This document shows positions 1 through 50,830 of a stretch of DNA of 64,000 bases, piece by piece. The notes under the pieces were generated by a model, which had not been told where the DNA came from, ran no database searches, and worked only from the letters and a program-made list of their open reading frames with translations. Every line of letters starts with the position of its first letter. Positions within the stretch are counted from its first letter, which is position 1. Source of the DNA: Somniosus microcephalus (lineage: Eukaryota). Location: positions 7,936,001 through 8,000,000 of the forward strand of contig CM126225.1 in the NCBI GenBank assembly GCA_052327205.1. The letters are read 5' to 3'. The translations under genes and the position numbers were made by a program.

Positions 1-1113
1 CACCCTCCCTCTCTCCCCCCCCCTCTCTCTCCCCCCCTCGCCCTCCCTCTCCCCCCCTCACCCTCCCTCTCTCTCCCCCCCTCACCCTCCCTCTCTCTCC
101 CCCCCTCACCCTCCCTCTCTCTCCCCCCTCACCCTCCCTCTCTCTCCCCCCTCACCCTCCCTCTCCCCCCCTCTCTCTCCCCCCTCCCTCTCTCACCCTC
201 CCTCTCCCCCCCCCCTCTCTCACCCTCCCTCTCTCTCCCTCACCCTCCCTCTCTCTCCCTCACCCTCCCTCTCTCCCCCTCACCCTCCCTCTCTCTCTCC
301 TCTCGCTCGCTCTCTCCCTCACCCTCCCTCACCCTCCCTCCCTCCCTCTCGCTCTCTCACCCTCCCTCCCGCTCGCTCTCACTCCCTCCCTCTCGCTCTC
401 ACTCCCTCCCTCGCTCTCTCCCTCCCTCGCTCTCTCTCCCTCCCTCTCGCTCTCTCCCTCTCGCTCTCTCCCTCCCTCTCGCTCTCTCCCTCCCTCTCGC
501 TCTCTCTCCATCCCTCGCTCTCTCCCTCCCTCTCGCTCTCTCCCTCCCTCTCGCTCTCTCTCCCTCCCTCCCTCTCGCTCTCTCTCTCTCCCTCCCTCCC
601 TCGCTCTCTCCCTCTCGCTCTCTCCCTCCCGCTCTCTCCCTCCCTCGCTCCCTCCCTCCCGCTCTCCCTCCCTCGCTCTCTCCCTCCCGCTCTCCCTCCC
701 TCCCTCTNNNNNNNNNNNNNNNNNNNNNNNNNNNNNNNNNNNNNNNNNNNNNNNNNNNNNNNNNNNNNNNNNNNNNNNNNNNNNNNNNNNNNNNNNNNNN
801 NNNNNNNNNNNNNNNNNNNNNNNNNNNNNNNNNNNNNNNNNNNCTCCCTCTCTCTCACCCTCCCTCTCCCTCTCACCCTCCCTCTCTCTCACCCTCCCTC
901 TCCCTCTCACCCTCCCTCTCTCTCACCCTCCCTCCCTCACCCTTCCTCTCTCACCCTCCCTCCCTCTCTCTCACCCTCCCTCTCTCTCTCACCCTCCCTC
1001 TCTCACCCTCCCTCTCTCCCCCTCCCCCTCTCACCCTCTCTCTCTCACCCTCCCTCTCTCTCACCCTCTCACTCTCTCTCTCGCTCACTCTCTCCTCTCT
1101 TTCTCACTCTCAC
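1..1113. repeat. CT-rich (CTCT/CCCT/CTCG) low-complexity microsatellite containing an assembly gap (N at 708-843)
   Basis: Almost pure pyrimidine + strand built from ctcaccctccct and ctcgctctctcc units; 136 N. Confidence 0.95.
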
Positions 1114-1133
1114 CCTTTCGCCGCCGCCGCCAT
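1114..1133 (-). CDS. Candidate first coding exon (MAAAAK-G) of an unidentified downstream gene that continues beyond the left edge
   Basis: Minus strand reads gaaATGGCGGCGGCGGCGAAAGG|gtgaga: strong Kozak context, YY1-like overlap, GTGAG donor at 1113, within a CpG-rich patch. Confidence 0.45.
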
Positions 1134-1240
1134 TTCCCGAACCCGCGCTCTCGGTTCAAACTCTGACGCCGCCTGCCATTGGTTGAGACCAGGCAGCATC
1201 ACCCGGCGTCATGTTAAAGGGGAAGGCAGGCGGGGCTCTT
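1134..1240 (-). promoter_or_regulatory. Small CpG-rich promoter-like region
   Basis: CCAAT on minus strand (ATTGG 1178-1182), TTTGAA (CHR-like) on minus strand at 1155-1160, clustered CpGs. Confidence 0.45.
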
Positions 1241-1289
1241 AAAGGTGCTGCGACCTCCAGCAAACAGACAAAAAACGACTAAAGGAAAC

Positions 1290-1480
1290 AGAGACATGCA
1301 TCTATATAGCGCTTCTCATCTCAGTTAGGACGTCCTAAAGCACTTTACAGCCAATGAAGTATTTTAGTTTTTAATATGTAGAAAACGCGGCAACCAATTT
1401 GCAAACAGCAATGTGATAATGGCCAGATAATGTTGGTTGAGGGATAAATATTCGCCAGGGGAAGTCTCCTCTTCATCAAA
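1290..1480 (-). mobile_element. Deu-domain SINE 3' fragment
   Basis: Reverse complement of the core/tail seen in the full copy at 50329-50775. Confidence 0.7.
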
Positions 1481-1749
1481 ATTTGTGAATATTCCTGTGA
1501 CCCAAATCTTGCTGACCAGTTGCAACCCACAAGCAGTGATTTGTTTAATTTGAATGAAATAGTTTTAAAGTTCATGGGGCTCGATAAAGAGTGGATAGTT
1601 CTTTTATTAAAGTGCATGGAGCGAGATAAAATGTTCTCACACCAGCTCTTCAGTTAATTTTAATTGCACTAACCAAACCTGCAAATATAAAATCGCTGTC
1701 TGTCCTCTGTAGGATGGCTAAATTGACAACAGGCGGTGGGGCTGGGTGT

Positions 1750-2150
1750 CCTTAGTGTACATGTGGAAGCTGACCTTCTGATCGATGGGGGGCGGGAAGA
1801 GGTCATTGCAGGAGATTCTTAGCTACGACTGAATAGGTAAGAATGGAGCCAAACGAGAGCAGTCCCACTCGGTTAGACAATGGAGGAAAGGCATTGGAGG
1901 AGGATGGTGCAGTCAACGGGCTGTAGAGTCAGAGGATGTCTTTTGTGACTTTGGTTAGTTGTTTCAGGGCTGTGTCAAAGCAGAAACCTGATTGGAGAGA
2001 TTCAAACAGAGAATTTGTACAATTGTAAGAATGATGGGCATGGATTTTGGAAGCGACAGCACGTTCAAGGACTTGGGAGGAAAGGGAGGTTGGAGGTGGT
2101 CATTTTCAAGGACAGCGTGGTTGAGAATTGCTTTTTGAAGAGGGGAGTGA
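1750..2150 (-). mobile_element. L2-clade LINE fragment (degenerate)
   Basis: Similar to the L2-like segment at 60160-60480 (e.g. ggcattggaggaggatgg, ctgattggagagattcaa). Confidence 0.6.
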
Positions 2151-4388
2151 TGACTACATCGCTATTCGAATTGTTAAAAATTACACCAATCAACTTTCCA
2201 TCTAAAACAAAGTTAAAAACATACCTTTGCACTTCTTTCTGTTAAATGGGCTCAGCTGGTAGCACTGTCTGAATCAGAAGGTTGTGGATTGAAACACCAC
2301 TCCCGTACAGAACCTGGGTTGATTAAGGCAGTACTGCTATCAAAGATGCTGTCCTTTGGAGGAGATATTAAACAGGTCTGGTCTGCCTGTTTGAACAGTT
2401 TGGCTTCCCGGCCAACAATCCTTTCTCAAAGAGCACATCTCATTGTCCATCCAAGTCTCTGCTGCCCCTATCCGATCCCGCACTAAGTCCCACTCACCCA
2501 TCCTTGCTGACCTACATTGGGCTCCCAGTCCCCACTTCCAATTTAAATCCTTTATGACATCACCCCATCCTATCTCTATAACCTCCTTCAACCCAACCAC
2601 CTCCAAAATTCTGCATACCTCCAACTCTGGCCTCTTACGTCGAATGTACAGCACAGAAACTAGCCATTCAGCCCAACCAGTCAATGCTGCCGGCGTTTAT
2701 GCTCCACTTGAGCCTCCTCCTGTCTTTCCTCATCTGTCAACATAACCCTCTATTCCCCTCTCCCTCATGTGCCTATCTAGCCTCCCCTTTAATGCATACT
2801 ATTTACCTCAACCGCTCCGTGGCAGTGAGTTCCACACCTTCTGTACGTCTACTCTCATTCAAACCCTTTCATAATTTTAAAGACCTCTATTCGGTCACCC
2901 CTCGGCCTTCTCTTTTCAAGAGAAATGAGACCCCGCCTGCATTCTACCCATCATTAGTGGTCCTACACTTTAGAATTCCATGCACTACCCAAGGAACCAC
3001 TACAAAGCTTTTGGTCACACTTCCTTTGGTCTCCTCCTTTTGCTCAGACTTCATTCTCTCTGATTATGCCTGTGAAGCACCATGGGACATTTTTCTATCA
3101 AAGGCATTACATAAATGCAAGTTGTTTGCTGGACCTTTGTGTGCACAAAAGTTGCATGATTTGTCTATGCAAGTGACAGCACTTCCAAAGTAATTCAGTG
3201 GTTGTGAAGCACGTTGGACTGCCCAGAGAAGTAATGAAGCATTACACAACTGCAAGTTTTCTTGAAAAAAAGTATTGCAATGGTTATTATACATGATGCC
3301 CCACTCTTCTCTACGCTGAGCAGGACATGGGTTTGTGTCTAATTCCATAATCGCAGTTGGGATAGAGGGTTTAAAGACAAAAGGAGTCAGTCTTCCTCAC
3401 ATTGTCCAGCAGCACTAGCAGGAGTTTTGAAGGAAGTCATCCACCTGATCTTTCAGCCAAGGTTACACTATGCAGAGATAAGAACTTCCACAGCAGCTGT
3501 TTATTTCTCTGGAACCTCAGATCCTGAAGAGATATACCTGGGCCCAAGGCAGCAACTTCCAGTAGCTGTCCAAGTCTCGAATTTGCTGTGCCCAATTTGG
3601 CTGCTGCGTTTACGATATTACAAGTGACTACACTTCAAAAAGTACTTCATTGGCTGTAAAGTGCTTTAGGACATCTAGTGGTTGTGAAAGGCGCTATATA
3701 AATGCAAGTCTTTCTTTCCTCAACTATACAACAGGCATGTGTTTTAAGTGACAACTTCCATGATACCAGCTGTCTTGAAGTTCTACATGTCCAATGCCAC
3801 ATCCATCATTACAGGGCAAGTAGGCGCTTCAGCTCAGATGTGGACTGATTTTGCTCTCCCCATCCCACTCAAACCCAGTGAGAAATTGCACTACACCCCT
3901 TAGAGCAATTTCTGTCAACTGTTGTCAACATCAACAGTACCTGTACAGAACTGCCTGGTTTAAGTTATGGAAATTTCACCACTGCCTGTTCTCAGGCTCC
4001 CTTTTCCTTATTCTTTGCTTCCCCAACCATTTTGAACCAAGTCAGCACTTCACAGATGAAGCAAGTGTTAATTTCAGGAAGGTACACGTGTGGGTTGCAG
4101 TACTTCCATTTGATAACTTATGTAATTTTGTATGACGACCAATCAAACCCATCACTGCTGGACTAATTCTGTTTAACAGATTAACACCTCATTAAGTAAA
4201 AAGCCAGTGTTTCAAAAGCACCCTGCTTTCCTAGTGGGCTGCTCAGTATCAAGGGGAGGGGTCCATAAATCCAATACTCAACTCATTTACATGATGCTTT
4301 AAAAAAAAGGTATAAAAAGTCTTGTTCACTATTCTCGCAGCAGGAACCAATTATGATTCAAGAGAAACAATTTGAAATAGGAGTCAGT

Positions 4389-4780
4389 GTCAGCCGTGGC
4401 TAGCACCATCAAATATCTAGGCTGACACTCCGAGGAAGCGCTGCACTGTCTGAGATGCCGTCTTACAGATGAGACATTAAACCGAGGCCCTGTCTGCCCC
4501 CTCAAGTGGATATAAAAGATCCCATGGCACTATTCCGAAGAGGAACAGACAAGTTCTCCCCAGTGTCCTGGCCAATATTTACCCCTCAAGCAACATCATT
4601 AAAACATTATTTGGTCACCACATTGTTGTTTGTGGGAGCTTGCTCTGCGCAAATTGGCTGCCGCCTTTCCTACATTACAACAGTGACCTCACTTCAAAAA
4701 GTACTTCATTGGCTGTAAAGTGCTTTGGGACATCCGGTGGTTGTGAAAGATGCTATATAAATGCAAGTCTTTTTCTTTCT
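4389..4780 (+). mobile_element. tRNA-derived Deu-domain SINE (SacSINE1-like), internally deleted head
   Basis: Core ggtgtcctggccaatattta...aaattggctgcc and tail gctatataaatgcaagtcttt shared with other copies. Confidence 0.8.
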
Positions 4781-4804
4781 TAAAAAAAGACACAGAAACA
4801 ACAC

Positions 4805-6766
4805 TTACTATTCTCAGTGTACTTTATTATCCTGTTTTCTACAGCTGAAAGCCCACAGGACAGCAACAGGTAGCACTGAGGAATGATCAGAATTCCCCAT
4901 CAGTACGATCTCCAAAGTACAAAATAAAGGCATGAAAAGGCCCAGACCTTTCCCAGTATGCAATTATTAACTGGATAAAACACCCTTTTGCCAGTGTAAA
5001 TACATGGTGCCTCTCCTCTCAGCCTGCACTGAAGTGGTATGAACAAATGCACCAAACTGCATTCACCTTCTGACACTAAGGCACATATCCAATACCCTGT
5101 ATACAGTTGTATTACATCATTGTGTGGAAGTATAGTTATTTCAGCGATCACATAATGTAAGACTAAGTACAAGTTGTGCTGGGGAATGTTTTGACACTTT
5201 TTAAATTCAGACTTGGTTGGAAAAAAATGCCACTTTCGTTTTACAAGTGTCTCCGGTTTAGTTAACGTCTGATACCAAGTGCAGCGAGACATCAATACCA
5301 CAATTTTTCTTTTTATTTTCCTAATCAAATAAAAGCAGATAGATCACCAAGCAGTTTGAATGGCATCCTACATGCCTACTTTCAATATGAAATTTGATTT
5401 TTTTTTCCTCCAAACTCTTTAGAAATCCAAAGCATGACCTGAATACAATTAATAAATCTTTGGCACTCTACGTTGTTTCAGCTGCTACAGTACAAATTGT
5501 GGAGGGGAAAGGGGTTCCAAAGTGCTATCCGGCAGATTAGGGCATGATGCATTTCCATTTTGATTTCTTTAACCTTTTCAAATCCCTCTGCATCATTTAC
5601 ACTTTTCACAGTTTTATTTCTCTTTACAGGGGAAGAAAGGCTTTTTTTTAATTCTTTTAAAGAGATAGTATCCTTCATGATGTGAAGAAAAAGCGACAAG
5701 CCCTCAGCCAACTGGCCACCGATTCAAAAATACCTGGTAGGCAAAGATGGTGGTGTGACAATGGTAGCAAGATACAACAGTGGAGATATAGTTGCCATCT
5801 TGACCATGTAGAGCTATGTTAAGGTCATTCCCGATCATGTATGTCACCGGCCACCACGTTTGCTTGACCACGATCCCTTTGTTAGCCTACATGCGCTGAA
5901 TTTAGAGGTATGGAAAAAAAACACCTAAACACACCATTTATTTATCTATCCCAGCCTTCTTGTAAAACACAACGCATCGTTATTTTTCAAAGCAAATGGC
6001 AGTAACACTGCTAAAAATAGGCCACCTTTTATTAAAGGTCTATACAAAATTTGTTGCATTTTAGAGAAACTATATGGATATTTTCAAAAATAGTTGGAAT
6101 AGGTTAAATGGCATGTTGCGTGGATCTGATTCAACGGTTTAAAATACAGCCAATGCAAGCTATTTAAAAAGGGGATACCATCTCCTTAAACTAGGCTGAA
6201 GACTAACTGAAAGCTTCGCACAAGGAAGCTCTGAGCATTCATCAGTGTTTCCCAATAAGAGCAACTCTCATTCAATTCTTTTGTGCTGCTTCAGTAGATT
6301 CAACTCTTTAATGCAAATGCTAACCATTTAAGTAAATTGTAATGAATCTGAAGTAGAGAAAGTGTATGCCTTCTCACTCACACACACTCATCCCTGACCA
6401 AGAACCTCAACCTCATTATTCATGCACGAATTTCCACGTAGTACGATTACATCAGCCAGGCTGAGGATCCAATTTTCCTCCCAGCAGCAATGTTCATAAT
6501 CCTTTAGAATTTATTTTCTTAAAACACTCCCGCTGTTTGACAGAAGGGGATTTCTTCTCGTTCTTGTTGCAGGTTATGTTGGCCTTTTTTTGTTTCGGCG
6601 TTCTGTCCAAGATACTGCTGGATCAGGTGGTGTGATGCAAACCTCACTCACTCATTCTCACATTCTCAAACATTCAACATCCTTGCACACTCCTCACTTC
6701 TGTTCCAAAGATTTGAGAATTCCAGTGGGGTCTCAGGTGTCCTCCTTATCCCAATGCTGTCAGAAA

Positions 6767-6767
<1 letters not shown>
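4805..6767 (-). other. KPNB1: KPNB1 exon 22: last base (A) of the TGA stop plus 3' UTR; 3' end approximate
   Basis: Acceptor tcttttgttacag|A at 6767 completes TG|A. The first ~140 nt resemble the mammalian KPNB1 3' UTR as recalled. AATAAA at 6510, 6028, 5937, 5613, 5312 and 4823; the last is followed by a GU-rich tract. Confidence 0.8.
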
Positions 6768-47438
<40,671 letters not shown>

Positions 47439-47579
47439 ATTTACGAATCTCATGTGGGAAACAACCAGGATTTTTTCCCCCCCCTTCAAGCAGAAACGGC
47501 CATAAATGGTTCTGTTTCACTGATTGTGTTGTTTTTTATCTCAGGGGTTTGAGGTGTTTTATTCACCGGGGTTTTCTCC

Positions 47580-48470
47580 CTCTCTCTCGCTCGCCCGCTT
47601 CCCCCTCACGCCTTCGCCCGGCTGCGCAAAAAAAGCCGAGTCCGGCCGGCGGCGGAGCGATATAGCTCGAGGGCCGCGCGGCGGGACCGCAGCACCGCCC
47701 GAGCCGCCTCACTCACTCAAACCCCGCCCCGCCATCTACCGCCGCCGCCCGCCCATTGGTCGGGCGGCCCGGCTTGACGTCACACGCTCAAGGGCCGGCG
47801 CAATCCGATTGGTCGGGAGGCTCGCTCTCCCGTACCCCACCTCCCCCACAACCGCCGCCATCTAACGCGCCGTCTGATTGGTCGAGCGGCTCCCCTTCAA
47901 CTGCCGCCGCGATCTAAGGCGGAATCCGATTGGTCGAGCGGCTCCCCCTCAACGGCCCTCGATATCTAAGACGGAACCCAATTGGTCGAGCGGCTCTCCT
48001 TCAACCGCCGCCGCGATCTAAGGCGAAATCCGATTGGTCGACCGGCTCCCCCTCAACCGCCCTCGATATCTAAGGCGGAACCCAATTGGTCGAGCGGCTC
48101 CCCTCAACCGCCGCTATCCAACGCGTCGTCTGATTGGTCGACAGGCTCACACACCCTCCCCGCCGCCATCACGTCGCACGCTCAACCGCCACCGCTATCT
48201 AAGACGGAATCCGATTGGTCGAGCGGCCCAGCCGCTGCCTTCAACCGGCACCAAATTTTCAAAATCGGGAAATGTCGCCCCGTCTCCCTTTAGGTTTTGA
48301 GGGGGATATTTTTCCGCCCCACCCCCGCGCCCTTACTCCGAATGATCTCCTGTCGAATTTTATCAACGAACCCAAAGTCCTGAGGGGTTTGGCGCCGGAC
48401 GCTGCTCCGCCAATCTGGACCAATCAGATCGCGCGTTTCATTCGAGCGCCTCTTCCCTCCATTGCTGCCA
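47580..48470 (-). promoter_or_regulatory. KPNB1: KPNB1 CpG-island promoter
   Basis: GC boxes near 47722-47752, full CRE TGACGTCA at 47775-47782, nine ATTGG boxes at 47755-48218, two opposite-strand CCAAT at 48410 and 48420. Confidence 0.85.
47850..48250. repeat. 52-bp tandem repeat (alternating A/B units), one CCAAT box per unit
   Basis: ATTGG at 47877, 47929, 47981, 48033 and 48085 (exact 52-bp spacing), then 48133 and 48214. Confidence 0.9.
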
Positions 48471-48727
48471 CTCAAACCTAATTTCACCGAAATACTCCTC
48501 TGCTAACCGTGCGAGCAATCATAACACGGCGAAACCTAAAATTTTATCCATATCGGTTGCATTCGCGGGCTTTTAAGAAATGTTGGGTGAATGGTTTTTA
48601 AAGTTGGGGACTATTTGCAGAGGGCGGAAGTAGACCCGGCTGCTCCTGTGAGTGCGGCGGCTCCCATTTGAACTTCCCGCCCATTTCCAGGGAGCTTGTT
48701 GGGAATCTCCGCAAAAAACATCGCAAA

Positions 48728-49553
48728 CCCCAGAGCATCAATCCTCACCCAACATCCCACCCCAGAGCAGCAATCCTCACCCAACATCCCACCCACCCCA
48801 GAACATCAATCCTCACCCAACATCCCACCCGCCCCAGAGCAGCAATCCTCACCCAACATCCCACCCACCCCAGAGCAGCAATCCTCACCCACCCCAACCC
48901 AGAGCAGCAATCCTCACCCACCCCAACCCTAGAGCAGCAATCCTCACCCACCCCAACCCCAGAGCAGCAATCCTCACTCAACATCCCACCCACCCCAGAG
49001 CAGCAATCCTCACCCACCCCAACCCAGAGCAGCAATCCTCACCCACCCCAACCCTAGAGCAGCAATCCTCACCCACCCCAACCCCAGAGCAGCAATCCTC
49101 ACTCAACATCCCACCCACCCCAGAGCAGCAATCCTCACCCACCCCAACCCAGAGCAGCAATCCTCACCCACCCCAACCCTAGAGCAGCAATCCTCACCCA
49201 CCCCAACCCCAACCCCAGAGCAGCAATCCTCACTCAACATCCCACCCACCCCAGAGCAGCAATCCTCACCCACCCCACCCCACTCCAGATCATCAATTCT
49301 CACCCACCCCAGAGCATCAATCCTCACCCACCCCAGAGCATCAATCCTCACCCACCCACCCCAGAGCATCAATTCTCACCCACCCCAGAGCATCAATCCT
49401 CACCCACCCCAGAGCATCAATCCTCACCCACCCACCCCAGAGCATCAATCCTCACCCACCCACCCCAGAGCTGGAGTCCCCACTCACCCACCCACCCCAG
49501 AGCTGCTTCCTCACCCACCCACCCCAGAGCTAGAGTCCCCACTCACCCACCCA
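48728..49553. repeat. C/A-rich minisatellite, variable 21-36-bp units (ccccagagcagcaatcctcaccca...)
   Basis: About 30 tandem copies visible directly. Confidence 0.95.
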
Positions 49554-49763
49554 TTCTCACATCAAAACTTGTTCTGCACAACTTTCCCTTCTTTCTCCCT
49601 GAAGCCCCCTAAAGATTACAATTATTCTCTCAGTGGCCCAGTGGGCAGCACCCTCGCCTCTCGAGTCAGAAGGTTGTGGGTTCAAGTCCCCACTCCAGAG
49701 ACACTTGAGCACAAAAATCTGGGTTGACATTCCCAGTGCAGTAACTGAGGGAGCGCTGCACAA

Positions 49764-50199
49764 TGGGCTGAGGAGAGATTGGGTCGATTGGGCTTATATT
49801 CGCTGGAGTTTAGAAGAATGAGAGGGGATCTCATTGAAACTTATAAAATTCTAACAGGACTGGACAGACTAGATGCAGGAAGGATGTTCCCGATGGCGGG
49901 GAGTCCAGAACCAGGGGTCACAGTCTAAGGATAAGGGGTAAGCTATTTAGGACAGAGATGAGGAGGAATTATTTCACCCAGAGAGTGGTGAACCTGTGGA
50001 ATTCTCTACCACAGAAGGCAGTTGAAGCCAATTCATTAAATATATTCAAGAAGGAGTTAGATATATTTCTTAAGGCTCAAAGGATATGGGGAGAAGGCAG
50101 GGACAGGGTGCTGAATTTGGATGATCAGCCATGATCTCATTGAATGGCGGAGCAGGCTCGAGGGGCCGAACGGCCTACTCCTGCTCCTATGTTTCTATG
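49764..50199 (+). mobile_element. CR1 3' fragment (same subfamily as 24362-26558), preceded by a truncated SINE head at about 49630-49763
   Basis: Near identity to 26120-26558. Confidence 0.9.
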
Positions 50200-50328
50200 A
50201 ATGGCCTCCTGGGCTGTTAAGTTTCTATGATTCTTCTCTGATGCAGCACAGAAGGAGGCCATTTGGCCCATTGTGGCTGTGCTGGCTCTTTGCTTGAGAT
50301 AGCCAATTAGTCCCTTTCCCCCATAGCT

Positions 50329-50775
50329 GTCAGCTGTGGCTCAGTTGGTAGCATCACCACTGAGTCAGAAGGTTGTGGGTTCAAAACCCACTCCAGAGAC
50401 TTAAGCGCAAAAAAGCTTGGCTGACACTCTAGTGCAGTACTAAGAGAGTGCTGCACTGTCAGAGGTACCATCTTTCAGATGAGAAGTTAAACCGAGGCCC
50501 CGCCAGCTCCTCTCAGGTGGAGTTTAAGAGATCCCACGGCACTATTTCGAAGAGGAGCTGGGGAGTTATCCCTGGTGTCCTGGCCAATATCTATCCCTCA
50601 ACCAACATCACTAAAAGCAGATTATCTAGTCATTTATCACATTGCTGTTCGTGGGAGCTTGCTGTGTACAAATTGGCTGCATTACAACAGTGACCGTACT
50701 TCATTGGCTGTAAAGTGCTTTGGGATGTCCGATGGTCGTGAAATGCGCTATAAAAATGCAAGTCTTTCTTTTTCT
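50329..50775 (+). mobile_element. Full-length tRNA-derived Deu-domain SINE (SacSINE1-like)
   Basis: A box tggctcagttgg, B-box-like ggttcaaaacc, Deu-like core, L2-type tail aaatgcaagtcttt. Confidence 0.85.
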
Positions 50776-50830
50776 CATATTGCAAGCAACAACACTCAAG
50801 AAGCTCGACACCGTCCAGGACATAGGAACA

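Noticed and set aside
329-910. ORFs rich in R/E/G
   Set aside because: Translations of a CT microsatellite spanning an N gap.
47850-48250. Regularly spaced repeat resembling a CRISPR array
   Set aside because: Vertebrate DNA, no cas genes, and the intervening segments are themselves repeated rather than unique spacers.
48611-49372. Several overlapping repetitive ORFs (PTSHPPQSSN etc.)
   Set aside because: Minisatellite lacking stops in several frames; no splice signals or recognisable domain.
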